Source of the DNA: a virus
Taxonomy: Duplodnaviria; Heunggongvirae; Uroviricota; Caudoviricetes
Strand: one strand, 5' to 3'
Length of the DNA: 64,000 nt
Virus record (IMG/VR): IMGVR_UViG_3300029850_000274
Coordinates: 76,794 to 140,793 of that record
The notes beneath the pieces are model-generated. The model was not told the DNA's origin, did no database searches, and saw only the letters and a program-made list of their open reading frames with translations. Below, in pieces: positions 43,325-52,978 of this stretch. Made by a program: the position numbers and the translations under genes. Positions within the stretch are counted from its first letter, which is position 1; the number at the start of each line of letters is the position of its first letter.

Positions 43325-44356
43325 GTGAAAGCTTTAAATAATATTCTGTCTGGACATTCAGCTGATGAATTGGATAAATTGTTTGTGTCCGATCCACATT
43401 ATGCAGAGTTTCTAAAATATGTAAATTGGCGAAGAAATTGTGAAATGGGAAGAACTACATGTGGCTTCATTGATTATAATTTGGGAACTTTGTTTGAATA
43501 TGCAAGTCAATATTCAGTATGTGAGCAGTTCTTCGCTATAGGGTTTACGCACAAACAAATTGCAGAAGATTTCAGATATTCAATTAATGAAGTACCAAAA
43601 TGGTTAAGAAATTATTGTATTGGTGTGAAGATGAACCGCTTATTAAATAACAAGTTTGTTGATTTTTACAAAAAATATCCAGATTATGTTCAAACAATTC
43701 TTCAAACACAATATATGACAGTGACTCAATCCGACTTAATGTTCTTTTTTGCTAATCGTAGCACAGATTATTATATGGAAATATTAACGTCTTTAAATAA
43801 GGATTATGGATATAATCTCGCAGATGTATTTGTTTATATGGATAAGATAATGACGTTTGAAGCAATTGTTGCTATAAATTGGTTGCTCAGAGAATTGCGT
43901 GATTATGCCCGTATGATGGACGCAATCAGTCATAAATTTGATAGATATCCAAGACATTTCAAAACAACAATGGATATTGTCACAAGAAATTACAAAAGAT
44001 TACAAAAAGAATTTTCGGAAGAAGTCTTTAAGAGCCGTATTAATAAAGAATACGAATTTACATATAAAGGACTGAGATTCTTTTATCCAGACTCCACTCA
44101 AGACATTAAAGACGAAGCGGTACAGCAGAATAATTGTGTGGCAAGTTACATAGATCGAGTCATTGATGGCGAATGCCATATTATGTTCTTGAGAAGAGTA
44201 AAAGAACCAGAAAAATCGTTAGTGACGATTGAAATACAAAATGGACGAATCGTACAAGCACTGCAAAGATTCAATGATCCTCTAACCGCTGATCAGCAAG
44301 AAGCGGTCGATGCATGGAATGAACATTTTAGCAAGAAAGGTAAGGTGGCAGTATGA
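43325..44356 (+). CDS. hypothetical protein (343 aa), GTG start; C-terminal region loosely PcfJ-like
   Basis: ORF. In-frame upstream extension has no ATG. C-terminal NNCVASYIDRVIDGECHIMFLR...NGRIVQALQRFNDP. Confidence 0.4.
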   Translation: MKALNNILSGHSADELDKLFVSDPHYAEFLKYVNWRRNCEMGRTTCGFIDYNLGTLFEYASQYSVCEQFFAIGFTHKQIAEDFRYSINEVPKWLRNYCIGVKMNRLLNNKFVDFYKKYPDYVQTILQTQYMTVTQSDLMFFFANRSTDYYMEILTSLNKDYGYNLADVFVYMDKIMTFEAIVAINWLLRELRDYARMMDAISHKFDRYPRHFKTTMDIVTRNYKRLQKEFSEEVFKSRINKEYEFTYKGLRFFYPDSTQDIKDEAVQQNNCVASYIDRVIDGECHIMFLRRVKEPEKSLVTIEIQNGRIVQALQRFNDPLTADQQEAVDAWNEHFSKKGKVAV

Positions 44357-44895
44357 TTAATATTAATGAATTGACAACAGACCATAAGATTAAATTAAAG
44401 AAACCAATGGGATGCTTCGATAATCTTGGCGAGGTATGTGAGATTGTTAAGATTGATACAGATGAAAATGTTATTAATTTTAGATTTGGTGTAGATGGTG
44501 TACATCTTGGCGTGATGTCAGGAGATGAATTGGAAAAATATTTTGATGTCATTGAACCAGCTGTTGTACCAGATGATTATGATTGGCATCCATATGGTTT
44601 TATTGAAGATAATCAGGTTATGTATCATGCTCTTAAGAATGGTAGTATTTCGATGGAGACTACATATGATGGAGATGGAACAATTTCTGTTGTGTATGAG
44701 CACCCTGAAAATCCTTATCGGCAAATTAAAAATGGGCAAAGAGGTAAGTTTTATGAAGATGATTTAAAAATGGCATTTTTCAAATTAAAGAAAATGTATT
44801 ATGGCACATTATACGAAGGTATGCAAAAAGAAGTCATGTTAGATTTTGTTAAAAATAAAGACAAATTAGAGCCAGTTGAAGCAGATGAATGGTAG
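44353..44895 (+). CDS. hypothetical protein (180 aa)
   Basis: ORF overlapping the upstream stop. Confidence 0.5.
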   Translation: MININELTTDHKIKLKKPMGCFDNLGEVCEIVKIDTDENVINFRFGVDGVHLGVMSGDELEKYFDVIEPAVVPDDYDWHPYGFIEDNQVMYHALKNGSISMETTYDGDGTISVVYEHPENPYRQIKNGQRGKFYEDDLKMAFFKLKKMYYGTLYEGMQKEVMLDFVKNKDKLEPVEADEW

Positions 44896-44901
44896 GATGC
44901 G

Positions 44902-45105
44902 ATGATAGATAATGTCAAACTAGCAATTAGAATATTTTCAATTACTATGTGCGTATTGGTATATGTAATTGTTTGGGTTTGGTTCATAGTTACTGGTTGT
45001 GATGATTCATATAATTGGGATTTAACTGAATGTAGGATATTTTTCTTATGGGTTATGCTCCATGTATCATGCTTAATTGGAGTAATTTTGTGGGCTTGGT
45101 GTTAG
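44902..45105 (+). CDS. small membrane protein (67 aa)
   Basis: Two TM helices. Trp- and Cys-rich. Confidence 0.4.
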   Translation: MIDNVKLAIRIFSITMCVLVYVIVWVWFIVTGCDDSYNWDLTECRIFFLWVMLHVSCLIGVILWAWC

Positions 45106-45120
45106 AAAGAGGTGATAAAG

Positions 45121-45519
45121 ATGGGCAATGTCAAAGTTGGAGACGAAGTGTATTTTGCTTGGTACGATGAACCATATACTGTTAAGTCTGGAATTATTAC
45201 CGAGATTAAATGTCTTGGCGATCTAACATATATAATGATACAAGATAGTACAACGCATGGTTTATATATGGTTCTTTTAGAAGAGATATATCGCACTGAA
45301 TCAGAAATAAAAGCGGTTCTAAAACGAGAGTTTTATGGCAAGGTAAATGAGGTTAAAAAAGACATTCATACCTTAGAAGATTTGCTGAAATTTATGTATG
45401 ACAATGATCTCACAAATTGGTCATCACCACATATAAATGGTTGGCAGACAGATTGGGTAAGTCGTGTTGCAGCACGAGAACTGGCAAAAGAAATTTGCGG
45501 TATTGAGTTAGGAGAGTAA
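45121..45519 (+). CDS. hypothetical protein
   Basis: ORF with GAAAGAGGTGATAAAG before the ATG. Confidence 0.5.
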   Translation: MGNVKVGDEVYFAWYDEPYTVKSGIITEIKCLGDLTYIMIQDSTTHGLYMVLLEEIYRTESEIKAVLKREFYGKVNEVKKDIHTLEDLLKFMYDNDLTNWSSPHINGWQTDWVSRVAARELAKEICGIELGE

Positions 45520-45525
45520 ATTCTT

Positions 45526-45930
45526 ATGAATAAACTTTATCAAGACAATGGAATGTATTGTCGAGCACAAAACCAATGTGATAATAAATGGTTTGTCGGA
45601 ACATATATCGGCAATGAGTGGTTGTTATTCCCAAGAACAGATAATACTGCTGTGTACGGATGTCAAATTAATCCAGAGTCTATCTGTAGATCAACAGGCA
45701 GAGAAAATGAGTTTGAATATGATGTAGTACAGTTGGTCGACGATGACGAAGACGTATATTTGATTATTTATAATGATGAAGATTTGGCGTGGCAGATGTT
45801 ATCTGTTTATGGTTCTGATATGATTGACTTAGGAGAAATCAAGCCCAGTCAATATGTTAAACTTGGCAATATCAAAGAAGATGATTATTGGAGAAAGGAA
45901 TGGGAAAGACAGAGTGAAGAAAGAAAATAA
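45526..45930 (+). CDS. hypothetical protein (134 aa)
   Basis: ORF. Confidence 0.5.
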   Translation: MNKLYQDNGMYCRAQNQCDNKWFVGTYIGNEWLLFPRTDNTAVYGCQINPESICRSTGRENEFEYDVVQLVDDDEDVYLIIYNDEDLAWQMLSVYGSDMIDLGEIKPSQYVKLGNIKEDDYWRKEWERQSEERK

Positions 45931-46141
45931 GCAATATACACCTGAAGAAATTTTAAATGCATTGCATGTAATTCAGGATACATGTGAGTATTATCTTCAT
46001 GGCAATGATGAAGATTGCAAAAAATGCCCATTATGTACAATGACAGGGAGAGCGCCAAGTTGCACAATTAGAGATTCTGATCCTTATGTTTGGGAGATTG
46101 ATGACAATCCAGATACTACGTGGCGAGCATTTAAGAAGTAG
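45881..46141 (+). CDS. small Cys-rich protein; paralog of 46155..46391 (start uncertain)
   Basis: YTPEEILNALHVIQDTCEYY...CKKCPLC parallels YTKEEVAVALKTIQDICDFNGDSCGCNITCPF in the next gene. Confidence 0.4.
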   Translation: MIIGERNGKDRVKKENKQYTPEEILNALHVIQDTCEYYLHGNDEDCKKCPLCTMTGRAPSCTIRDSDPYVWEIDDNPDTTWRAFKK

Positions 46142-46154
46142 GAGATGAAGATTT

Positions 46155-46391
46155 ATGGATGAGAAAAATTATGGAGAGTATACAAAGGAAGAAGTGGCTG
46201 TTGCACTAAAAACAATTCAAGATATTTGTGATTTTAATGGAGATAGTTGTGGTTGTAATATCACATGTCCATTTTTAGAATTACTGGATGGAGGAACTAG
46301 GCAAATATGTCATATCTCCTATAATTATCCTGATAACTGGAAATTAAACAAATTTCCATCTGAGCAATGGGAGCCTTTCTACAAGGGATAA
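46155..46391 (+). CDS. small Cys-rich protein, tandem paralog of the preceding gene
   Basis: See the preceding gene. GTAGGAGATGAAGATTT precedes the ATG. Confidence 0.45.
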   Translation: MDEKNYGEYTKEEVAVALKTIQDICDFNGDSCGCNITCPFLELLDGGTRQICHISYNYPDNWKLNKFPSEQWEPFYKG

Positions 46392-46421
46392 TTACATAAA
46401 CACAAGTAAATAAAGGAGTAA

Positions 46422-46964
46422 ATGTCGTTGAAATTAAATGACGAACAGAGAAAATTAGTAGAACAAAATCATAATTTGATTTACTCTGCTATGCGGAAAT
46501 TTGGTATCCGCAGACAAGATTTTGATGACTATTATGGATTCGCTGCTATTGGGTTGTGTAAGGCAGCAATTGATTATGATAAAACACGATCTAAATCATT
46601 TTCGACATATGCATATTTATGTATACAAAATGAGATAATGGTATATAACAAATATAGATTTCGGCAGAGAAGAAAAGGTGATATGAATACTATTTCATAT
46701 AATCATATGTTAGATGATTGGGATGAAGACAAAAATGAAAATTCATTTCTTTTAAAGGATGAAGAAAATTTTGAAAAAAATATTATTTTCAAGTTGAATT
46801 TTCAAGATAAATGTTACACACTAAATAATAAGGACAGAATGATTGTTGATTTAAAATCAAAAGGTTATACATATCAAGAAATCGCAAAAATGTTTGGTAC
46901 ATCATTTCAAGCGATACAACAAAAGATTAAAAGAATGCGATCAACAACATTTTCCAGATTATAA
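46422..46964 (+). CDS. sigma-70 family RNA polymerase sigma factor, copy 2
   Basis: MSLKLNDEQRKLVEQNHNLIY... parallels the copy-1 N-terminus MKKLNDEQRKLIEDNYSLIW. Region-4 HTH YTYQEIAKMFGTSFQAIQQKIKRMR. AAGGAG RBS. Confidence 0.6.
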   Translation: MSLKLNDEQRKLVEQNHNLIYSAMRKFGIRRQDFDDYYGFAAIGLCKAAIDYDKTRSKSFSTYAYLCIQNEIMVYNKYRFRQRRKGDMNTISYNHMLDDWDEDKNENSFLLKDEENFEKNIIFKLNFQDKCYTLNNKDRMIVDLKSKGYTYQEIAKMFGTSFQAIQQKIKRMRSTTFSRL

Positions 46965-47000
46965 AAGTTGAATAACGCAAACAACTTTTATTATTTTTTT
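46965..47000 (+). terminator. Rho-independent terminator after the second sigma gene
   Basis: AAGTTG-N11-CAACTT followed by TTATTATTTTTTT. Confidence 0.6.
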
Positions 47001-47173
47001 GACGCATTTGTTATAAACGTAATAGAACGATTATAACAATATAAGCCGATCAGATAAAATTATTTTTTGTTCCTGTTGGCTTTGGCAGAGTTGACAGTGG
47101 ATATAAATTGATGACTTATTTACAAACTAAAAACTAACTAAACAAATTTAATAACAGAAAGAGGTAAATTTAT

Positions 47174-48274
47174 TTGGCAGAAAACACAAAATCTAAAAGA
47201 CTTTTCAACTTACCAGAAACTAAAGGTACATTTCAGTTAGAAGGATTAATCACTGATTGTGCGAAAGATGACTTTTATAAGGAAGGTAAAACGCAGAAAG
47301 GCAAAGATAAACGAACATTATCTTTCGGAGTTAAAGTAGAACCTGACGTAAAAGTTGGATGTAAAATTCAGGCATTTGAAAAACCTACAGTATGTTTTAT
47401 CAAACGAGAGAAAGATGGTACATACAAAACTAAAAAAATTCCTTGGGCGGATCGTTTTAAATCGACTGAAGAATTAGGACTTGGCGAAGGTTGGGCAATT
47501 ATTGGTTCAAGAGCAGGTCTTGAAAAAGAGACCAATGATAAAGGACAGGTTGTTAATAAGAAAGTTGTCTTAGATCCATTTGATTTAACAAAATATACTT
47601 CAGAACATATGGCAGACAACCAGAGTGTATTTATCAAAGGAGATATTGAATATGGAAGTTTTACTGGGGAAGACGGTACTAAACGTCAGTGGTCAAGGAT
47701 GTCTCCAACACAGATTAGTTTAACAAGTAAAGAAATTGATCTTGATGATGAAGAACGTAAAGTAAGATCTGATTTCAAACAGACAATGGTATTCACAAAT
47801 ATCGAACAGGAAAAAGAAAATGATGTGCCAACAGGACGTTTTATCGTTTATGGAAAGATTATTGGTTATTCATCTGTTGATGACGCTGAATTCTATATGA
47901 CAAATAAGAAATTAGCAAAAACTTTTAAGAAAAATGTGAAGCCATATTCATCTATTGAAGTTTGGGGACATATCAAGACAGAAATTCAGACAGAAGAAGT
48001 TGATGGATGGGGAGAAGCAGATCCTACAAAGAGAGTCGTAAATTCTGCAAGAAAAGAACTTATTATCACTGGCGCAAGCAAAGACAGTATTGATTCAGAA
48101 ACATACACCAGAGAAGCAATTGATGCAGCGATTGAAGCTATTAAAAAGGCAGAAGCAGCAAGAAGTGATTTCGGTGAGTCTGATGATAAACAGACAAGTA
48201 GTTCTTCTACAGATGATGAATGGGGATCTGGTTTTGATGATTCTTCAGATGATACTGAAGGCGATGTTTGGTAA
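47174..48274 (+). CDS. putative ssDNA-binding/annealing partner protein with acidic C-terminal tail, TTG start
   Basis: Lies immediately upstream of the Sak4-like ATPase. C-terminus ...SSSTDDEWGSGFDDSSDDTEGDVW resembles the acidic tails of phage SSBs. Function is inferred from position. Confidence 0.35.
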   Translation: MAENTKSKRLFNLPETKGTFQLEGLITDCAKDDFYKEGKTQKGKDKRTLSFGVKVEPDVKVGCKIQAFEKPTVCFIKREKDGTYKTKKIPWADRFKSTEELGLGEGWAIIGSRAGLEKETNDKGQVVNKKVVLDPFDLTKYTSEHMADNQSVFIKGDIEYGSFTGEDGTKRQWSRMSPTQISLTSKEIDLDDEERKVRSDFKQTMVFTNIEQEKENDVPTGRFIVYGKIIGYSSVDDAEFYMTNKKLAKTFKKNVKPYSSIEVWGHIKTEIQTEEVDGWGEADPTKRVVNSARKELIITGASKDSIDSETYTREAIDAAIEAIKKAEAARSDFGESDDKQTSSSSTDDEWGSGFDDSSDDTEGDVW

Positions 48275-48339
48275 GAGCAATTCTAAATCATTTCACAAAT
48301 AAATAACAAAAACAATATATACATAAAGGAGTTTTACAT

Positions 48340-49554
48340 TTGGCAAAAGCAAGAAAAGCAGCAAAAACACAGAGTAAATTGATGACTATTATTTATGGAG
48401 AACCTTTTACTGGTAAAAGTACACTGGCAATGCAGTTAGCGTATTTTAAACGCCCAGATGGGAAACCTTTCAGAGTCTTATATTTAGACTCTGAATCAGG
48501 AAGTATTGATGATTATTTACCAGAATTAGAGGAAAATGGTGTAAATCTCGAAAACATTTACATTGTTTACACTCAGAGCTTAGGAGAAGTAAGACATTAT
48601 ATTGATACAGTTAAAACAAACGGTGACTTCTACGAGCTTGATGACGATGGAGAAGAAACTGATGATATAGTTTTAGATGCAGATGGTCTTCCATTTAGAG
48701 CTGATGCAATCGTTGTAGATGGATCAACAATCTTAAATCTGACTACAAAACAGGGATTGATTGAGTTCTCTAAGAAAAGAAATCGTGTAAAAGCGGATGC
48801 TGCAAATATGACAGGTGAAGCCAGACTTGTCAAGATTGAAGGTGCAGGTATGGAATTAAAAGATTACCAGACTGTAAACTTCAAAGGTCAGGATTTAATT
48901 CTTGATTTATTAGCTTCTGGAGCACATTGTGTTGTAACAGCAAGAGAAAAAGATGAAACAGAATCTAAGATGATTGATGGTAAAAGAGAAACTGTTACAA
49001 CAGGTCGTAAAATTATTGACGGATTTAAAGGTATGGATTATAACGCCAAAACAGTAATTCGTACATTCGTTGATAGTGAAACTGATATGGTTTGTGCTCA
49101 GATATTGAAAGATAGAACACATACATATAAAAAGAACGAGATTGTAGAAGATCCACAGATGTTAGATTGGCAGAAAGTTATTGATAATTCTGTTGGGAAC
49201 AAAGAGTTTACACTTGGTAATGCTCTTACAAAAGCAGTAGATGTTGAACAGAAAATCTATAAGAGAGAAATTCTTGGAGAAGCAGGTAAGCCAGTTTCCG
49301 AAGAGGAAGCAGAAAAAGAAGAATCTGGTGTGTTATCCAGTGGCTCATCTAGCAAAAAAGATTCTGTTCAGGATGTAAAAAAACGAATTTCTGACAGAAT
49401 TAAAAAATTAGCCCCTCCAAAAAGACAGGAAATGAAAGATAAGCTCGCAAAAGAAGGATTACCTACCGCCTTTAGTCGTCTTAATGATCTTGATCAGCTA
49501 AAGAAGATAGAAGAAATCTTAGTGAAAAAAATCAAAGAAGATCAGGAAGGATAA
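48340..49554 (+). CDS. Sak4-like RecA-fold ATPase (AAA_24 family) with C-terminal extension, TTG start
   Basis: LMTIIYGEPFTGKSTLAMQL matches the AAA_24 / Sak4 Walker A context (ilIYG.sGsGKTtla). Walker-B-like IVVDGST. Confidence 0.55.
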   Translation: MAKARKAAKTQSKLMTIIYGEPFTGKSTLAMQLAYFKRPDGKPFRVLYLDSESGSIDDYLPELEENGVNLENIYIVYTQSLGEVRHYIDTVKTNGDFYELDDDGEETDDIVLDADGLPFRADAIVVDGSTILNLTTKQGLIEFSKKRNRVKADAANMTGEARLVKIEGAGMELKDYQTVNFKGQDLILDLLASGAHCVVTAREKDETESKMIDGKRETVTTGRKIIDGFKGMDYNAKTVIRTFVDSETDMVCAQILKDRTHTYKKNEIVEDPQMLDWQKVIDNSVGNKEFTLGNALTKAVDVEQKIYKREILGEAGKPVSEEEAEKEESGVLSSGSSSKKDSVQDVKKRISDRIKKLAPPKRQEMKDKLAKEGLPTAFSRLNDLDQLKKIEEILVKKIKEDQEG

Positions 49555-49633
49555 GGTGAAATTACAAAAGGGTTTATATGGTAGCCATTTTGGCTACCTA
49601 ATCCTTTGATATTTGACGAGGAGTAACTGTAAT

Positions 49634-50329
49634 ATGGCAGATGTTTTAACAGTAAAATGCGCTTATTGCAAAGAAGTAATTGAACTTGATTTAGATAAAG
49701 TGCAAGAGATTGTTAAATATGACAATAGTTATTATCACAAAGAATGTTTCCGCAAAATGTGTGAAGCAAAATTATTATCCAAAAATACTAAACATGACAA
49801 ATGGTTATCTGCATTGTCTAAGATTGATGAATATAATCAGAAAGCACGAGTGTTACTTGAACCAAGATTGTTAGAAGACAAAGTATATCGGTTTATTCTT
49901 GATAATTATAACTACATTGGTTCTGTACCAGCATATGTTTTTACAAAATTGAAAAGTATTTATAAAGGTACATATCGTGGTCTGGCGAAACCAATTCCAC
50001 CAAGTGATCTTTTAGATATGTGGAAGCGTCAAATGAAATATCTTAAGAAAAATCGAACATTTTTGATACAAAAAGGAACGATGGATGAAGATAATCCAAC
50101 ACATCAGGTTAATTATGATTTGGCAGTTTTAGTAGGAAAGTATGATAGTTATTTACGATGGAAAGAGAAACAGAAATTAAATGAAGTAGACAAAAAGAAT
50201 AATGAAAAATTTGCAAAATCTTTTGTTGAAACAAATAATATCACAACTCAAAAAACTGTAGTAACAGCCACACAAGACGATAACATGGATGACATTTTAA
50301 GTGATATTTTTGGTGAGGGACTTGATTGA
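49634..50329 (+). CDS. hypothetical protein with N-terminal zinc-finger-like CxxC...HxxC
   Basis: ORF with GAGGAGTAACTGTAAT before the ATG. CAYCKEVIE...YHKECF. Confidence 0.45.
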   Translation: MADVLTVKCAYCKEVIELDLDKVQEIVKYDNSYYHKECFRKMCEAKLLSKNTKHDKWLSALSKIDEYNQKARVLLEPRLLEDKVYRFILDNYNYIGSVPAYVFTKLKSIYKGTYRGLAKPIPPSDLLDMWKRQMKYLKKNRTFLIQKGTMDEDNPTHQVNYDLAVLVGKYDSYLRWKEKQKLNEVDKKNNEKFAKSFVETNNITTQKTVVTATQDDNMDDILSDIFGEGLD

Positions 50330-51879
50330 CAGAAGAAACAGTAGAACGTAAAAGTGTAACTAACATTCAGAGTGAAATGATGTTTATCGGTGCTTTGTAT
50401 AAACAACCAGATTTATATGTTTCTTATGGTGGATATATGAGAAGCCAGTATGATTTCAGTGATGAGGCATGTAAATTTTTCTATGATATGTTTGAGATTA
50501 TGTACAAAACATTTACTCAAACGATTGAGGAAGACAAGGTAAATATGTTCATGAGTCAATCAGATGAAAGACTTAGGACGTATAAAAGATACAAAGGGTG
50601 GAAAACAATTTCATCATGGATGCAGGTTGCAGATTGTGATGATTTTAAAAAATATTATAATCTCGTTAAGAAATATTCTCTTGTAAGGGAGTATGACAGA
50701 AATGGATATCCTGTTCAACGAATTTTAAACCATAGGTTATTTGAAAAATGGGAAGCAAAAGATATTTATAGAGTGATTCGATCTCAGGCAGACAAAATTA
50801 ACACTGTTATTAGTGCAGGCGAAGATTCTGTCTTATTGAATAGTGGTGTTGAATCACAGGTTGAATCATTTTTATCAAAACCAGATTTAGGGATTCCGTT
50901 ACCTTGGGCGATTCTCAATAAGATGTTTAGAGGATGTCGTCTTGGAAAGGTAATTTTTAATGGATTCTTAAGTAATGAAGGAAAATCAAGAAATATGATG
51001 TTGTTGATTGCATATATCGTATTGGCAATGGACGAGAAATTTTTATTACTCAGTAACGAGATGGATGAAGACGATTTACGAAATTGCTTAGTCGTTACAG
51101 TGATCAATAACAAATGTTTCAAAGAGCTTCATGGGATTGATATTGAAAAGCCAGAAGAAGAAATAGTTCTTGGTATTTACAGAGATAACAATGGCAATGT
51201 GATTGAAAGAAAAACAAATGAAAATGGAGACTTTATCGAAACAGAAGAGGAATACAAACATAGAGTAGCTACTACGTCAGATGAGTTTCAGAAAGTTATG
51301 CAAGTTGCAAAATGGGTTGATCAGAAACGGCAAGGGAAATTATATTTCAAAGATGTTGGCTCTGATTACTCAGATTCGGCATTAGAGTTTGAATTTAGAA
51401 AACATCGTATGTTATATGATGTGAAATATTGTGGTTATGACACGTTAAAAGGTTATCGTATTGATGATTGGCAAACAGTGAAACAGACAGCCACAAAAAT
51501 TAAAGAACTTATGAAAGAGATCCATATGTTTTGCTTCTCTGTATTCCAGTTAACTGATGATACGGTGTATACAGATATATTCCAGCTAAGTAGTAATAAT
51601 ATTGCCAATGCAAAACAGATTAAGCACGTTGCTGACATCTTAATGCTTGGTAAAAGATTACATCCTGACGAATATTACAAATATCAGTATATATCAATTA
51701 GCGATTGGGGAGAACCACAGGCGCACGATCTAAAAAAAGACAAGACATATTTCTGTATTAAGGTTGATAAAAACCGAGGTGGTAACAAGAATGTTATTCC
51801 AATTTTTGAAATCAATTTGGATTTAAATACTTGGGACGAAATAGGATATGTCATTAAACGAGAGAAAAACGGAGCGTAG
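50326..51879 (+). CDS. DnaB-like replicative helicase
   Basis: DnaB N-domain pattern SEMMFIGALYKQPDLY...FYDMFEIMY. RecA-like domain GKVIFNGFLSNEGKSRNMMLLIAYIVL parallels GdLiiiAARPsmGKTafalniA. TTG start after GAGGGA. Confidence 0.55.
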   Translation: MTEETVERKSVTNIQSEMMFIGALYKQPDLYVSYGGYMRSQYDFSDEACKFFYDMFEIMYKTFTQTIEEDKVNMFMSQSDERLRTYKRYKGWKTISSWMQVADCDDFKKYYNLVKKYSLVREYDRNGYPVQRILNHRLFEKWEAKDIYRVIRSQADKINTVISAGEDSVLLNSGVESQVESFLSKPDLGIPLPWAILNKMFRGCRLGKVIFNGFLSNEGKSRNMMLLIAYIVLAMDEKFLLLSNEMDEDDLRNCLVVTVINNKCFKELHGIDIEKPEEEIVLGIYRDNNGNVIERKTNENGDFIETEEEYKHRVATTSDEFQKVMQVAKWVDQKRQGKLYFKDVGSDYSDSALEFEFRKHRMLYDVKYCGYDTLKGYRIDDWQTVKQTATKIKELMKEIHMFCFSVFQLTDDTVYTDIFQLSSNNIANAKQIKHVADILMLGKRLHPDEYYKYQYISISDWGEPQAHDLKKDKTYFCIKVDKNRGGNKNVIPIFEINLDLNTWDEIGYVIKREKNGA

Positions 51880-51882
51880 GTT

Positions 51883-52911
51883 ATGGATGTAGCACAGCTA
51901 AAAGAATATATATACGACAATAATTATGTAGAAAATATTCTGAAAGATATAGGCTGTCATCATATTAAATATCATTCGTCTGGATATTGGAGCTGTGCAA
52001 ATAAAGATGGGGATAATGAATCCGCAGTTATTACATATAACAACGAAAACCTAAATTGCACAAATTATACAAGAAAAATGACAGCAAAAGAAAGACAGAC
52101 AGATTTAATTGACTTGGTATGCTTTACAAAAAGTCTGTCTTTCCCAGACGGTTTAAAATATCTAGCCAATTTGATCGGCATAGATTATTATCATGATTTT
52201 AATGAGCAACTGCCAGAAAGTTTGCAGATCACTCAATTGATTCATGATATGAAAGAAAATATAGAAACCGAAGAAGATAAACCCGTCAAACCAATTTCAA
52301 AACGAATTCTTTCTTATTATAAGGATTATGTAAACGATTTATTTTACGATGATCATATTAGTTATTTAACGCAGAAGGAATTTAATATTGGCTATGACGA
52401 AGATACAAACAGAATTACAATACCTATTTTTTCTGAAATTGGTGATTTGGTAGGTGTTAAAGGACGATTGTTCAAGAAAAAGTTAGATAAACATGATTTG
52501 AAATATTTATATATTGAGCCATGCGCTAGACAAAGAATCTTATACGGATTGAATAAAACTCTACCTTATATACAAAGGGCTGGGAGAGTATATGTTGCAG
52601 AAGCAGAAAAAGCTGTCATGCAGCTATGGTCATATGGATATCAAAATGTTGTGGCGACTGGCGGCAAGCAAGTTTCAAGACAGCAAATTGACATGTTAAC
52701 AAGACTCGGAGTTGAAGTAGTATTTATTTTTGACAAAGATGTTGAATTAGAAGAGATTCAAAAGCTTGGCGATCGTTTTATTGATGGAGTTCCGATTTCA
52801 TACATTATGGATAACTCAGAAGAAGGAATCCTTGATGAAAAAGAATCACCTACTGATGACCCTAAAAAATGGGAACTATTGTTAAATAACTATTTGTATA
52901 CACTTAAATAA
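51883..52911 (+). CDS. DnaG-like DNA primase (zinc-binding N-domain plus TOPRIM)
   Basis: CHHIKYHSSGYWSC...C zinc motif. TOPRIM acidic residues: E in YVAEAEKAVM, DxD in VVFIFDKDVE. Confidence 0.55.
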   Translation: MDVAQLKEYIYDNNYVENILKDIGCHHIKYHSSGYWSCANKDGDNESAVITYNNENLNCTNYTRKMTAKERQTDLIDLVCFTKSLSFPDGLKYLANLIGIDYYHDFNEQLPESLQITQLIHDMKENIETEEDKPVKPISKRILSYYKDYVNDLFYDDHISYLTQKEFNIGYDEDTNRITIPIFSEIGDLVGVKGRLFKKKLDKHDLKYLYIEPCARQRILYGLNKTLPYIQRAGRVYVAEAEKAVMQLWSYGYQNVVATGGKQVSRQQIDMLTRLGVEVVFIFDKDVELEEIQKLGDRFIDGVPISYIMDNSEEGILDEKESPTDDPKKWELLLNNYLYTLK

Positions 52912-52978
52912 GAACAGGCAGGTTATACATATAAAATACAAATTATATGAAGGTGGCACAAATGATACCTCTAATGTT

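Noticed and set aside
47174-48274. Assigning the 366-aa protein upstream of the Sak4-like gene to a named SSB/annealase family (Erf, RecT, DUF2815)
   Set aside because: Only the acidic C-terminal tail and gene position support an SSB-like role. No family-specific motif could be confirmed by eye.
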